Shown here one piece after another: positions 1 to 13,401 of a DNA stretch of 64,000 nucleotides. The first letter of the stretch is position 1, and each line of letters begins with the position of its first letter. Origin of the DNA: Lama guanicoe (taxonomy: Eukaryota); contig MU053487.1 of the NCBI GenBank assembly GCA_013239625.1, forward strand, positions 2,687,058 through 2,751,057, given 5' to 3'. A program made the position numbers and the translations under genes. The notes under the pieces were generated by a model. It was given only the letters and a program-made list of their open reading frames with translations. It had not been told where the DNA came from and ran no database searches.

Positions 1-3000
1 TCTACTCTTTTCAGTCTCAGTGCTCGGAGAAGACTCTCTAAGGAGTCATATCTAAAAGTGTGTTTGAATAATGTAGGGGCTGAGTGTCAGTGTTGAAACA
101 ATTAGAAACCAAACCAGCTGCCCTCTCTTCTTGGTGGCTGATTCTCAGCGGTTGATGGAAGTATGAGGCAAAAGCTATAAAGTGGCCCTCGGAAATGACA
201 GGTGACAACAGGGCACATGGTGGGGTGACCTAGTCCATATTTATGTTTTGGAGGCCCTGTATCTATTTGCTTTTTCTTTAATATCTTGATTCTACCTGTC
301 CAGGCAGGTCTTTATTTTTAAATTAAACCCAGGAAGCTATGAATTACTCAAACATGTTTTAAAAACTCAGGAGGTGCCCCAGGGGTGTGGGTGTGACCTG
401 TGGATCCCCAAGGAGCATAATTTTGGATTCCAAGTTTGGGTTGGAAGAGAGAGAGGTGGAGTGCCTTTTATTTTTTTTTTTGAAAATGGCATCTGGTGCT
501 GATTTCAAACCAAAGAACAGATAGGTTGAAAGCTGTGACAGGGAGTCAAGTAGCTCAGTGACAAATGGCACTTTCTGGCTCACGGACCTGGCAGCCACCT
601 CTAGCAAAACCCAGGACCTTGGGCTGGTCTAGCAGGCTGCCCTTGGCTTCATACCTGCCAAAGGCAGGACCTTCCATCACCCCAGGGAACAGGTGATACC
701 AGGCGTGAACACAGCATCGGGATGGGAGGCAGGCTGCTTCCTGCTCACAGTCTGACTCCGCCCTCCCAGTGTGCAGAGGACAGTTTAGGAAGTGGGCTGG
801 GGGGAATATCACTTCTTGTAATCAGCACCCAACAAGCCCAGCACAGCCACCGACTCTTCCTGGACCGGGAGAGTGGCTCACCATGTTGTGGTCTGATACT
901 TCTGCTCTTCATCGGTCTCTAAGGCTGAGACAACAGACAGAATCAGAATCAGCATCTAGCTTCTTTCTGGGAGGAAGCAGTGCTCTCAGCTCTATCTCTT
1001 GGCTATTTCCTTTTCAGCATCAGGATAGTCGCTATCTGTTAACCACTTCTCATCCGTCCGTTTTTTGAAAGCTACAGGATACATTTTTGCATTTACTTCT
1101 GTTACTTTGTTTCCCGAATTGTTTTTTTTTTTAGTGAACTTTTTTTTTTGCTCTGTAACATCCATGCAGGAAAGTGCTGTGTACAGCTTGATGAATTTTC
1201 AGTTAAGTGAACATTCTCAGAATCACAGAAGCCACCTTCCCTGTACCTCTCAGGCCACTCCCTGCTTCCTTGGAGGGGGAGCTTCTTCGAGGTGGGGGCG
1301 ATCTGTGGCATCACTGCCCTAGTGCCCTCCAACCCCATTCTCAGTGGCCCAGGACCTGGCCCTGGCTGTGCTGGGTCGACCTGAGGCATGGTGAAAGTTC
1401 TGTCCATCTGTGCGTGGTGAATGCATGTGTTAGGGGTGGGTGGGTGGAGTGGGGGAGACTTACATGCCTTTGTGGCTGAGCCATCAGGAGGGGCCCAGTA
1501 CTCCCCTCCTCCCCAGGAAGGCCGTGCTTTTTTCATACAAAAAAAGGCCTTTGAAATAAACTGCTCATTTTTTTTTTCCTTTTTATTCTTTTGGGAGGAA
1601 AAACAACCCTTGTAACTTGAACTATGTCAGATTCTAAGATTTGGGGTGGTCCTAGACCCTCCCCCCCTTTGTTATAATTCATCGGAATCTGAGTTGCAGT
1701 AAGCCTTGCTGTTTCCAGAGGTTCTGTCTTTTCCTGTTGGTCTTCCCTGTTCTGTTTGCCTTCCTCCCTCACAGCAGAACTCATCTGGAGAGATTGATGG
1801 AGATATTAATGCTTTAGAGACAGTCTCCAGGAATTTTTTGTTAATTTAGGGATCAGATTGACATATGTGTGTATATAAGGATAGTCGGGGCTAAACAAAG
1901 TCTTTTCCTTCTATAATTTATATTCGGAGACGCTTTTCCTTGTTTTCTTACGCGCAAACTGCCTTTGACACTTTGATCTCTGACCTCACAGAATGCCTTA
2001 ATTTTAGTTTAGTTTACTGTGCAGTGCACGATTTGGATCATCTAGGAATTCTCCAAGATCACTCCTTAAACAGTTTATGGCCCCTAAAAAAAAAAAAAGG
2101 CAATAAGCTAGACATTAAATACAGAAAGCCCGTCCTTACAGGAGTCAGTGTGCTTCATGATAAACACCCGTCTTCTTTACAGGCCCTCTAACCCAGAGAT
2201 ACAGTGAAACACAAGCCCTAGGAGCTGAGGGCTTTGCCAAACTCATCAACAAAAATGCAACTAATGTACCAGCTAATTAGATGACAAGTGATTCAAGCTT
2301 GCAAGCTACCAGAATTGAGTCAGACATTTAAAAAGAAATTAAAAAGCTTAGTGGAATGGAGTAATTATTCACTTAGTGACAGCTTTTTATGTCTTCTTGC
2401 CTGATGTCTATCAAGAAATGTGCTTGAGGCACAGAACGGTACTCACGGGCTTGGGGTGCAGGTGGTTTGCAGTCTAAGGAGTAACAGGAGATTGTTTTTT
2501 GTACTTTGATGTCATAGCCCAAGAGGCAGAGCGTGGGCCAGCCAAGCTTTCCCGTCCTCCTGTGCTCTCTTTCTCCTGTGGACAGAGAGCGGTGTTGTCA
2601 GCGGCCTGTGGACGGTCTGCTTGGAGGAAGTCCAGAGAACTGGCAGGCCGTGACGTTTTTGTAGAGCGACCCCAGGGGTAACCAGGCCCTGGAGAGCCCC
2701 CTCCCTCGTGTGGTGGCCTGGGCATCCTGTTGGACCCCAGAGTGGTGGTTTCCAGGGTCCTGAGATCTGTGGGGAAGGCTGTAATACGGACGATAGGTAC
2801 CTGACCTGCCTCAAAGAGTGGGTAATGACGGCTTCTTAGGTGGGAATTGGGAGTTTTAAGACAGAAATGTTTTCTAGTGAGACAAGGAGGACCCTAAAGT
2901 GTGGGTTCTGGTCCTATTTACAGCCCTGACTAGCTCTCTCTGATACTCAGGGTTCCCAGAGGGAAAGTGGGAACTCTGGGACATCTTCCCACCTTCCAGG

Positions 3001-3604
3001 GTTGCAGAAGAGGTCAAGTATGCACCGTGTAAATGCTGGAAGTTACAGCCTGTAAAAACTGTTTGAAGGAGACAAACCAAGAAATGAAAAACTTGCATTT
3101 ACTTAAAAGATTGCATCTTAAAATAATCTGTTGTCCAGAGTGGAGTGACCTGGTAACAGAAGTGCGTGCGGACGTCCACGAGAAGTGAGCTGGGCAGAGC
3201 GCACACCTTCGCAGGCCGGCCCCTCAGGAGCCTCAGGGGTGTTTGAATGTGCAGAGATGCTCCCAGGGAGCAGGGGCGGGAGGCTGGTCCCAGCAGGAAG
3301 CTGGGTGTGTCCTGTGCTAGTGGGAAGGGTTGCTCTGGTCTCTGTTCCTGCTTCCAGCTCCCAGAACCGCCCTTCCTCCCTGGGTCTCCTGACCCAGTGC
3401 TGGGAGACCGCTGTCCAGAGCTGACCAGAGGGTTGGTCTGTCTCCAACGGCCTCACCTCCCCACTCATGCCAAGCTCTCGCCACCCCAGGGCCCCTCCCA
3501 GCTGCTCCCTCACTTTCTTCAGGTCTCTGCTCTGATGTCACCTCCTCAGGATGGCATTCCCTGACCAGCCTGTCAAACCCAGCCACTTCCTGGTCCATGG
3601 GACT

Positions 3605-3750
3605 GTCCTGGTGAGGTGGAAATGTTCTCTGTCTTGCTAAGGCTCTGGTTACAGGAGTGTACGTGTTTGTCAGAGCTCATTAGATGGTACTCTTGAGATC
3701 TGTGCATTTTTCTGTATGTAAATTCACTTCAAAAAATATCAATAAACATT
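3605..3750 (+). mobile_element. Old L1 (L1MC/ME-type) 3' end fragment
   Basis: ggaaatgttctctgtcttg...gtatgtaaattcacttcaaaaaat resembles recalled L1M 3' ends; boundaries approximate. Confidence 0.55.
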
Positions 3751-3829
3751 TACTTTTAGTTAATGATGTAGTCAAATATCAGTCGTTTCATAGGGTTCAA
3801 CCTAATAGTTTGAACCTGAAAAGAAGCTC

Positions 3830-3992
3830 CAGAAAGTGTCGCTCAGACCAGCAGCCTCGGCTCCCCTGGGTGCTTGTTAGAAATGCAAATTCTCAGGGCT
3901 CTCCAGACTGGCCAAGCCAGATCTTGGGATGGGGCCCATTGGTCTGTGATTTAGTAAGGCTTTCAGGTGGTTCTCAAGCGTCTCAGGTTTGA
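3830..3992. mobile_element. MER5A-like hAT-Charlie MITE
   Basis: Hallmark cttgttagaaatgcaaattctcagg core and ggggccc...aggtggttct...gtttga end. Confidence 0.7.
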
Positions 3993-4094
3993 CGGCTATT
4001 CTGGTGAGTGAGCAGGTGGTTCCATGAAGGTCTGGGTCTATTGTGGGCAGAGGAGCAGCCTTGTCCCTGGCTGTTTCTCAGCATGTTCTCCATC

Positions 4095-4860
4095 ACATAG
4101 ACCCAGGACTGTTCACTGCTGTATCCTTGGTGCCCAGCACAGAGCCCAGGACCCAGTAAATACACGATGGATGAATGAATGAACAAGTGCTCATGAAGGG
4201 CACGCATCCTGGCCCGAGGGCCCTGAGGGAGATGTTGGGTACTTGTCTTGTTCTTTACCTGGTTTCCTGTTCCATCCTTCTCCTCTCCCCACACCTGGTG
4301 GGTCCCTGGGCCCATCAGCTGTACCTCTAGCGTACATTCTGAGGCCACCCCCTTCTCTCATCTCCACTGCCCCTGACCTGGTCCAGACAGTAGCATCTCC
4401 CACCTGGATGTTCATCTCCATCCTCACCCGCCTGCAGTCTCCATGAGGCAGCCTGGTTATCTTTCCAAACTGTGAATTAGACCGTGCCACCCGCCTGTGT
4501 AAGACTCTCCACTGGCTTCTCATTACACATCCACTGAAGTCACGGTCACCCCCAAGGTCTATGAGACCCCCGGGGCCAGGCCCCTTGCCCCCTTTGACCT
4601 CAACTCTCGCCCATCACAGTCACTTTAGACCAGCCCTATGGGCCTCCTTTCTTTCTCTTGGACCTCTGAGCCCCCTTCTCCTTTGCCCCTGATATCCCAT
4701 CCTGGAACACGCCCTTCTGGGCCCTGTGTGGTTGGTTCTTTCTCATCCTTTAGGTGAAAACCATTCTTTCCCCTCCCAGATTCTCCGTGCCCTAACGCAG
4801 TGTCTCTCCTTCCCAGTACTTGCTGCGATGCTCATTTGTGTACATGTGTGTTTATTGTCT
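4095..4860 (+). mobile_element. L2 LINE fragments (3' end about 4095-4185; body about 4330-4860)
   Basis: gttcactgctgtatcc...cccagcacag...gatgaatgaatgaa is a typical L2 3' tail, followed by a pyrimidine-rich L2-like body. Confidence 0.55.
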
Positions 4861-5079
4861 GGCTCCTCCCTGCTGCCCCCAAGGGGTACCTCCCAGGCTT
4901 TCAGGGTCTGCTGACACCCAGCCTAGCACCTGATCCCGGTGTGGGCGGGTTAGAGAGAAGGCGGCTTCCTGACCCCTCTGCTCCTCTCTCCTCCCACGGA
5001 ACCACCCAGTACTGATGGGCTCTACTTTGCGACCTCCTGGGCCTAACTTTGCTCCTCTGAACCTCTCTCTGCCCTCTAG

Positions 5080-5203
5080 GCCTGTGCCCACCGCTGGAAG
5101 AACATCTACTATGAGACAGACCACATCCTGCCCCACGGCTTCTGCTACATCATCCCGTCCAACCTCCAGGCCAAAGGCAGGACGCTGATCCCTTGCTATG
5201 AAG
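5080..5203 (+). CDS. ITGA9: ITGA9 exon 4 (ACAHRWKNIYYETDHILPHGFCYIIPSNLQAKGRTLIPCYE)
   Basis: Pyrimidine tract plus ctctag acceptor; GAAG|gtgagc donor; 124 nt, phase 0 to 1. Not present on + in the ORF track. Confidence 0.96.
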
Positions 5204-5499
5204 GTGAGCACTGATTCATTCTCCCTCTACCCCCACCCACATCACACCCTAAACAGCCCCAGCCCGTCTCCACATCACCATCCAAACAATTCCCCCAGCT
5301 TCCCACACTCAACAGGAGGGCTGCACCATGTCCCCAGGTGGCCTCTGGGTGCCCCAGGCTCTGCTCAGGTAATGAGGAGCATGAGAAGGGGCAGCGTTTC
5401 CAGGCCCTGCCCAGCCTTGCCCATCGGTGCCACAGAGTTCCTGGCACTCACCAAGCTTTATGAAGCCTCAAACTGAAACACACCAGCTTCTTGGTTTCC

Positions 5500-5600
5500 T
5501 GGCACTGCCAGATGCTGTGCAACCTTGGGAAACTTGCTTTCCCTCTCTGAACCTCAGTTTCCTTCCCTGAAAATTCGGAGGTGGGCTCACCTAAACAGCT
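5500..5600 (+). mobile_element. MIR SINE fragment
   Basis: MIR core gctgtgcaaccttggg...ctctctgaacctcagtttcc. Confidence 0.6.
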
Positions 5601-6884
5601 CCCAGATGGTCATAAGGCTCTGGAGACAGCTCCTGGCCATGCTCATGAACAGATGTCCTGGGGCAAGGGGAGGAGAAGGCCCAGAGTTCAGTCACTATGT
5701 CACACCCGATGTCTGAGCTTCCTCCTGATCAGGTCTGTGCACTGTGGCGGGGGTCTGAGCATTGGGTGCACCCTTAGCACGATTTTGAGAACTCCTCACC
5801 CAGGGGCACTTGGGGTTTGGGAGGGAAAGTGTTTTCTCAGCATTCCTGCTTGGAATCTTCAGATGACTGGGCTGAGGCCCATCCAGCCCCTCATTGCTTA
5901 GCTCAGTTGAATTCGAGCTTTAAGGATTCAGTGTCATTTTCTTCAGTGTTACAGCTTGTACTCTCAGGGTTTCCTAAGCCTAATTCAGATGAGCGAAGTG
6001 CTGGGCTGTTTATGTTCCAATTCGCCCCCTAATTTATTTGGACAGACGTCTCCATGAGCTCACGTCCACCTTTCCCATGGGCCTTCCTGGCTTTTCCCTT
6101 GTTTCAGATTTTGCAGCCACCAGAGAGGGCTCTGAGCAATGCTGTTGGGACACATGCATTTCTCTGCCTCACAGAGGACCCTTCAGGGCCCATGAGGGTA
6201 CTCAGGTGGCCTCAGCAGGGTGTTTAATGAAATGGCCCCACAGAAGTGGCTGGGTTCCTGCAGGGAGCATGCACAGACTCTCTCCCATCAGAGGAGAGCC
6301 TTCTTTTCTCCCACGTCAGCCTCCGATCAGCTCTGGCAGGACCCAGTGGGGCAAGTGAACTCTGGCCCTGTTTATCTCTGTATTGCCCTGATCAGAAGGA
6401 AAACTGCTTTGGAAAAATAGCTAATAATGTAATCAGTCAAGAGGGGGGTGGGGTGGGTTGTGTCCACACACAGATAAGGGGCCAGGACTGGGTCTTGCTC
6501 CCTTTTTCCCTTTTTCCAAGAGGAAAAGGCCCTGGAATGGCTCTCTGGGTAGCACCTCAGGCTGAGCAAAAGTGAGAGGGTCTAATGGAGGGATGGAGAC
6601 AGTGGGGGTCAAACCCAGCTAGTTGTGCAACAGGATAGCAATCTGGTTTTCCCAGAAGATGCTTGTGAAATAGGGCCACATTATCGTCCCTGGCGATGGC
6701 CCTGTTGACTGCTGTAAGCATCAGAAAGCCAAAGGATGGCCCTGGGGAGAGGGAGCCAGGGCCGTGTGTCCTTCTGTGCCTGGAGCTGCCGTGGCCCAGA
6801 CTTTTAGAGTGTCTGTCATCAGGCAGCTGAGGGATCAGCTGTAGACTAGGGTTAGCCTGAGGACTTGATATGTTCTCTCCTTTA

Positions 6885-7110
6885 ATCTTCACAAAACCCT
6901 GTAAACAAGGCATCTTTCTTGGTGTGGGTTTAAATGCAGGTAGTTTGTTTTGGGAGTTATTCCAGAAGACACCAGTGGGGGAGCGGGAAAAGTAAGAAAG
7001 GGGAGGGATGTGTCCCTCCACGAGTTACCACCCTGGGCAGCTCTGGGCCGGCGTAGGACACACCCCAGAGTGATTCCGCCTGAGGACGGAGGGGGCCGGC
7101 TCTGTATCCC
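6885..7110. mobile_element. ERVL LTR16/LTR33-like fragment
   Basis: gggtttaaatgcaggtagtttgttttgggagttattccagaag resembles the recalled LTR16/33 terminus; a related motif occurs near 57960. Confidence 0.5.
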
Positions 7111-7569
7111 CCCGGGACACGAGTGTGGGCAGGGAAGCCCCCCCCCCACCCCAGGAAGAGAGATGCAAGAGCTGGCAGGTGGCAGTCTGGCCATGCCTTG
7201 AAAATGCTAACGGCCGAGGGGGCCTGGGGGCCCCTAGGTGGACTTCTGTGTTGCCTTTCTCCTGTTACCGAGGAGGACGCTGAGACCCAGTGTTTAATTG
7301 CCAAAGGTCACTCAAACAGCAAGTGGTAGACAAGGGTAGGTTTTGAATGTTGCATCCATCTAACCTCAGCAAATTATTTTGTTCCCTGGTGGTTAGTGGT
7401 GATTTCTGTTTGTGTTTTGGAGTTTCTGCTGTAAATGAGAAATAGGAGCCAGCCATCAACCCTCACAAAACAGGAGAGGGTGACTGTTTGAACTACCCCA
7501 GAGGTGTAATCACGAGGGGAGGGGCGTGTGAACGTTTTGGGAGTCAAGGCCCTCGAAGCACCTGCCTGT

Positions 7570-7959
7570 CTTCCCCTGCTTTGCTGGTGGCCCTGACCCG
7601 ACCTTGGCAGGAACATGGAAGCCTGTGTTAGCCAAGGAGGGCAGCACAGGGCCAGCGACAGGTTGACTTCACGTCTGCCCCACGTGCCCCTCATTCACAG
7701 TAGAGTGTGCACTCTGGGCCTGGGCCTTAAGAGGCCTTGTGGGTTTCCCCCCAACTCCTCTGGATGCTTCAGACCATCGCCAGGACTGCATCCCCTGTAG
7801 CTCACTGGTCCGGGAAGAGAGACATGTGGAGTAGACCTGAAGCCCAAACCTGCAGCCAGAGCCCAGCTGATGTCTAGACGTACATGTAAGAAATAAATGT
7901 CTGTCACTGTTTGCTAAGGTGATTTTATGGTTGTTACATAGTAATAGCTGACTGACACA
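7570..7959 (+). mobile_element. MaLR MLT1-type LTR
   Basis: gggccttaagaggccttg motif and a 3' end aaataaatg...gttacatagtaatagctgactgacaca typical of MLT1. Confidence 0.6.
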
Positions 7960-8649
7960 GACTCCCCCAGGAACCCAGATTCCTCATACAACAGTGGCTG
8001 TGGGATGGGCTCGGGCCTTTAGATTCACTCTTTCCTCTGGTTGTTTTTCGACATAATGATGGCCAAATGGAGCCGCAAGGAAAGAAGCAAAATGGTTGTG
8101 CCTTGCCCCACCCTGCTTCCCCAGGGGCACACACTAGTGTGTCGTAACTCATTTGTTGCCCAGGGAGGAGTGTGGGGTGGGGCTGGGGCAGGGAGTCTGG
8201 GGTATAAGAGCAGCCCCTTAGGACAGCGGGGGACTGAACAGAACGTTTCTATAGTTCTTGGTCCTGTAAGAGGCGAGGGGTGGCAGTCACTTAGATTTCT
8301 CTAGAAGACTGGACTGACGGGGTCGGGGACCGGTTAGGGCCCTTGCCTGTGCTCTGGCTTTGGCATCTCCACCTCCCTGCTTTGTGGTCTACACTGAACC
8401 CACTGAGGCTCTTAGACATCCATTATTTTCTCTTCATGTGGAAAAGCTCAGTATTGAGAGCTGTCAGTTCCAGGTGGGGGATGACGTCGTGGTCAGGCAG
8501 AAGGAAAGTACTCTGGAGCTTGACGGACCTCTCAGAGATCGCCCAGACAGGCCCCTTTGTCTTTACTGCGGTTCAGAGATGTGGCATGGCTTCTCAGGCC
8601 AAGTTCTAACTTCCATTCTGTTATTCACAGTCGCACAAGAAGAGACAAA

Positions 8650-8818
8650 GTAGGGTGGTGGCTAAGAGCATCACACCTCTGGGCCCAGACCACTAGTGCT
8701 CTGCCTCTTGTTAATGGCATGGCTTCAGATACGTTCCTTGTGCTGAACCTGCCTCAAGGGGCTGGGAGGAGGATTCGGTGAGTCAAAGCCTGTAAGTTCT
8801 TAGAGCCGTGCCCAGCAT
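8650..8818 (+). mobile_element. MIR SINE (degenerate)
   Basis: gtggctaagagca start and cttagagccgtgcccagca end. Confidence 0.5.
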
Positions 8819-8822
8819 CATA

Positions 8823-8846
8823 TGTGTGTGTGTGTGTGTGTGTGTG
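8823..8846. repeat. (TG)12 microsatellite
   Basis: Read directly from the sequence. Confidence 0.95.
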
Positions 8847-8858
8847 TATAAAATACTA

Positions 8859-8993
8859 CAGTTGGCCTTCTTCGGCTAAGGATATGGAGACCAACTGTGC
8901 TGCCATTTTACACAAGGGACTTGAGCACCTGCAGGTCTTGGTATCCTCAGAGGGGTCCTGGACCAACTCCATCACGGATGTGAGGGGAGACTG
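8859..8993. mobile_element. Short Tigger3/MER7-like TcMar MITE
   Basis: ta|cagttggcc start and gagactg end; shares gccattttac...gacttgagca...ttggtatcct with the longer copy at 29434-29788. Confidence 0.7.
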
Positions 8994-10379
8994 CATACGC
9001 TAAGCGTAGATAGGCTAATATCCCATATTCTGTGCTACTGTACTCTCTGCTGAGCACGTGTTTGTTAATGACTATTGGGTGACTAATTTGTTCACCAGGA
9101 ATAGAGTCCAGTCCTCTTTATTAAGTACCTGTTAGATGCTGTGCTAAGTGCCTGATGGATAGAAGCCAAGAAGTTCCCTATCCACGGGGGAAAACAGAGA
9201 GGGCAAGTGCTGTTTCAGAAGTGGCAGAGCTGAGAGGGGAGAGGCTCCCAGGCCTGTGTCTGGGGCTGGGTGCCTCTCCCAGGGCCCCAGCTGCATCCTC
9301 GTGCGAGGTGGCATTAAGGCAGGTTAGTCTCATTTCACAACTGGAAAAACAGAGACCCGCTTAAAGTCTGCAGCCTGTTGAGGCCTGTGGAAGAGAGGAA
9401 TGGTGGGAATTGGTGTTGATCGTGGCTGTGGGTGATGGGCACGTCCTGGGACTAGCGGGAAGGCCCCAGGATGAGATAGAGGCTTGGTGTGGCCCCATCT
9501 TCCATGTTTCCGCCTCTGTGGCCTTAGACCTGCGGCTGGACCGTCAGTGGGAATGGACGCGGTGATGCCTCTGTTGTGTTGGCATCTGAGGGTTATTGTG
9601 GGAAGCTCATGAGAAAACACAGGTGCGAGTGCTCAGAAAGACCACACACTTTTCTCTCGCTGTGGCCTGATAGTGAGTCTCCTTGAGGGTCCAGCTTGCT
9701 CTCTCCAGAATGCTGCTTTGATTGAGGGAAGCCTCCAAGTGTGTGGGCACCTGTCCAAAATGTCTCAGACTTTCGAATTCTTAGAAAAAATCGGTCTTTG
9801 GGTTTGGCGCAAGGACATTTCTTCTCGTGACTTTTCAGGTGTTTCCTGTTTATGATTGGGTGGGTGGGAAATGCTATTGGGAGATCCCATTTGGAACCAG
9901 GAAATGTAGTGGGAATGGGAAACAAAGATGAATTGAGGATGCAAAGTAAGATAAACGGATGGAGCATACCCTTACGGTCCAGCCTTTATGTTTGATACGG
10001 GAGCATCCTTGTGACTACCCTCTGGTGTTGGCTTTTATCAGAATGTGGGGGAAAACACGTGGGAGAAACTTGGTACGTCAAAGAGCATGCACCATAAAAC
10101 ATGAGTTACCATTAAGCAAATCATGGTATTTTAGGACTCCCCGAAATTAAGTCAGTGCACTGATTAAACCAAGCACAGAGATGTCTTTCATCCTCTGCCC
10201 TTGAGTCCACGCAGGCAAGAAGCCAGAGGTTGGCAGGAGGGGGCTGTAAACAGGTCATCTTTTTATTCTCACAAATACTAAATAATCTGGGAGCAGCTCA
10301 GCTAAATGAACAAAAAGTGTTCCAAAGAAAACACTGACACAGAAATGCACTTAGACTGCTCTTGTCCATTCGACCTGAC

Positions 10380-10580
10380 TCAGACTCTGGCTTCACCACT
10401 CACTCGTTCCCGTGATGGCGCCCATAGCCCCTGCTTTCCGAGTGGGTGACTTCCGGCAAACCCGCTGGAACCTCAGTGCCCTCCTCTAACGTGGGGAGAT
10501 CATCTCCTACTCCAGAGTTGTTTGTGGTGCATTATGTGCCTGACACAGTTCCTGGCTCAGGGTGAACACTCAGTAAGCGG
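10380..10580 (+). mobile_element. MIR SINE (degenerate)
   Basis: gtgacttccggcaa...cctcagtgccctcctct...acacagttcctggctcag...actcagtaa. Confidence 0.5.
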
Positions 10581-11724
10581 GAGTTTTCTAGTTACCTTTT
10601 AAGTACTAGCACGGTGTTGTTCAACTTTCTTGTAAGGTGTCCCGCAGATCCTGCTTTAATGAACAGATCATGGAGCATGAAAAGCTGGGTTGTTACTAAA
10701 ATGATTTCAAGGCTCCTTGAAAAGAAGATCGTTTTTAAAATACCTTTGCAGGTCATTTTTGCACAGTTTATTTGCTTGGAAGATCTCCTCTTTTTATCGA
10801 TCTGAAGTTTAATACATGCCATGTGTAAGTGTTCTCAAGTTTGGAATTATCGGGGTCTTCATTTATCAAATGGGGCTGTGCTTTAAAGTTGTCCTATTAA
10901 TTGCACAGGTTTCTGTACAATTTTCTTTGTTGTCAGGAGGTGGCCAGACCTTTTATTTCCAATGGCTTTTGCATTTCTCAAGGCCGAGATCCTTTCTAGA
11001 GAAGGAAATAGATCCCCCGTTCAGATGGAAAGATTCCTTCTCCCTCTTCTGATGTTGAAGGCTGGGCTCCACTGGGGATACAAATCAATCAAGATCCATT
11101 TACAAATGAGAAGCTATTGAGGTTTTGTTTTGTTGTGTTTCTGTTTGGGGAGAACCATAAAAGGGTAAATTAATCCACTTGAGAATTCAAGAACAAGCTC
11201 CATAAATTTTTATTAAATAAAGAACTCTACATTTACATAGGACTTTATGGTTTCCAAAGAGCTTTCATAAACATTATCTCATTGAAGTAAATAGAGCAAA
11301 TTAAAAAAAAAACAGTTGCAGTTCTGTATTAAGGCCAGTTAATGCGGAGAGGGACCTTGAGAGGGGGGAGCTGGAGGGTGGCTGAAGGGGGCAGCTAGGG
11401 CCAGAGGAGAAGGCCAAGTCTGGCAGTGGCTTTTGGGGGTCAGAGGGCCCCATCAGGCTCGTCCTTGGGTGCCGAGAATTCTTATCTTGGGCACAAATGC
11501 ATTCTACACTTTAAACATGTTTCCATACATTGCATGGAATCATTGATGTCTTAAACTGGGTCATCTAGTAGTTTCCTTAGGGATATTCAAATTTTATGAA
11601 CCTCCTCTTTTAAATTGCACATCTGTGTGATGGATGTCGTAGGTGTTGTTGGAAACCTTTTTTTTCTTTAGAGAATGAGAATGTTATCACTGGAAATGTG
11701 CTCTGCGAAGCATGATGGTGTGGC

Positions 11725-11880
11725 TGAAACAGGTTGCAAGTCAGGAGCCCTGCTCTTGAATCCTGACTCAGGCTAAATAGCTGTGTGGCTTTAAATAAGC
11801 CAAGTGTGCTCTCTGAGCAGCAGTGACTTCCTCTGTAAAATGAATGAATAGGGTTAGAATTATCTCTAATTCTCTGAAGA
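11725..11880 (+). mobile_element. MIR SINE
   Basis: ttgaatcctgactc...tagctgtgtggcttt...ctctctgag...ctctgtaaaatg. Confidence 0.6.
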
Positions 11881-13296
11881 TCTTTTCCCCTCTTAAAGCC
11901 TCTTCCTTTCACGTAATTATAACTTTCTGGCTTCATGCAGCTTTCATTTAATGCTCACCTTTGATAGCTTCATCACCAATTATTTTGATAAAATGTTCTC
12001 CCTTGCTCATTAAGCTAGCTATTTTGATCCCCCCCCATTTATACTGTGGTTCTTGTAGCTGAGTGTAGTTTTGTCCTCTCTTCAGTTTTGTATGTTTAAA
12101 TGCTGTTTTGATTACTAGCGATCTGTCTGCCCTAGTTGCTTGTGCTCTGAGTTGTTTAATTATCAGTATTCACTTAGAAATCAAGCAGAAATTCCAGAAC
12201 TAAGACTGGAGAACTGTTTTTTTCCCTCTGATACTTGATTTCGTGGCTAAGTTAAGGAACTATGGAAAAATAACTTTGAAATTGAGGTGTTAAAAAGACT
12301 GGCTTTGAAAGATGAAACTTTCCCAGATGGATAAAAGGAAGAGAGCTTAGTAGGGAGAACATATGTTACACTGTATGTAAATCTTGATCTTTCCAGGGGT
12401 TGGTTTTATCCCACCCGTGTTTTGGGGAGAGTACGGAAAGTAATCCCACCTAATTTAATTCTTGAATGAATCAAATTCATTAGTGTAAGCTCCATGCATT
12501 GAGTTGTAGGTTGTGAACATTTTAGAAACCAGTATTTTTTCCTCTCTGAATTGCCTGCTGTTTAGACAGGGTTTAGTAAAACCAGCAGCTAAACCAAGGG
12601 AAATACTACCATTTTTAGACTGGAGGAGCCACACAACTTCATGAATCAAAGTGTGTGACGCAGGCCACATAATTCAGACTCACCTGCAGCAGGAAGACAG
12701 AGCTTCCCAACCTGTTTCCAGCTCCTCTAAGTGATTTCCAGGCCCCCTCGTTCAACCTCATCTTGCTTCCCTGGTTCAGTTCCCCCACGTTCAACAGAGT
12801 CAGGTTTGTTACAGCATCTGTGAGCTGCCAAGCCTGATTCTTCCTTGCTGCTTCAGAATGGATAAAGATTTAGTTCCAGAGCAGAGAGGGAGGGAGCTGG
12901 TGTGTTGCAGTCTGCTCCGCCCTGCCACGTCCTGGGGGCATTTGGAGGTGAGTGGACATGCCTGGGAGCAGCCGGCTGCAGGGCCAGAGCCTTTGTGTGT
13001 GCAGGAGGGGTTCTTCCTGCAACACGGGAGCCTGGAGGCTTGATCTCTCCACCCTGCACTTCCTGGACTTCTCAGTGGAGGGAAGGTGGATAACCCCGGG
13101 GCCTTTCTTGGGGATGCTGGGTGGGTCGGGGGGACAGCCCACTTCCCTTCTCAGAGCTCTGTGGTGGAGGCTCTCCTGCCTTCTTCTATGTAGGCAAACA
13201 AAACTGAGCGTTTTAGCATATGGCTCTGGTAGACGGCCCTATAAGAAGAAAGGCCTGTGTTTGAAAACTGGCTGAGAGAGAAACTTCAACCTGCCT

Positions 13297-13401
13297 TATT
13301 TATATATATATATATATAAATATATTTTAGTATATTTTATTTATATATTATATATTTATATTCTATTTATACATTATATATATATGTATATATATATATA
13401 T
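13297..13401. repeat. AT-rich, interrupted (TA)n simple repeat
   Basis: About 100 bp of almost pure A/T with (TA)n runs. Confidence 0.9.

Noticed and set aside
1..5079. ITGA9 exons 1-3 or promoter
   Set aside because: I found no signal peptide, no CREDRDDEWMGV-like coding sequence and no CpG island; these must lie upstream of the window.
7172..7186. CTCF-like motif ctggcaggtggcagt (a weaker one near 38775)
   Set aside because: Imperfect match that cannot be told from background without PWM scoring or ChIP data.
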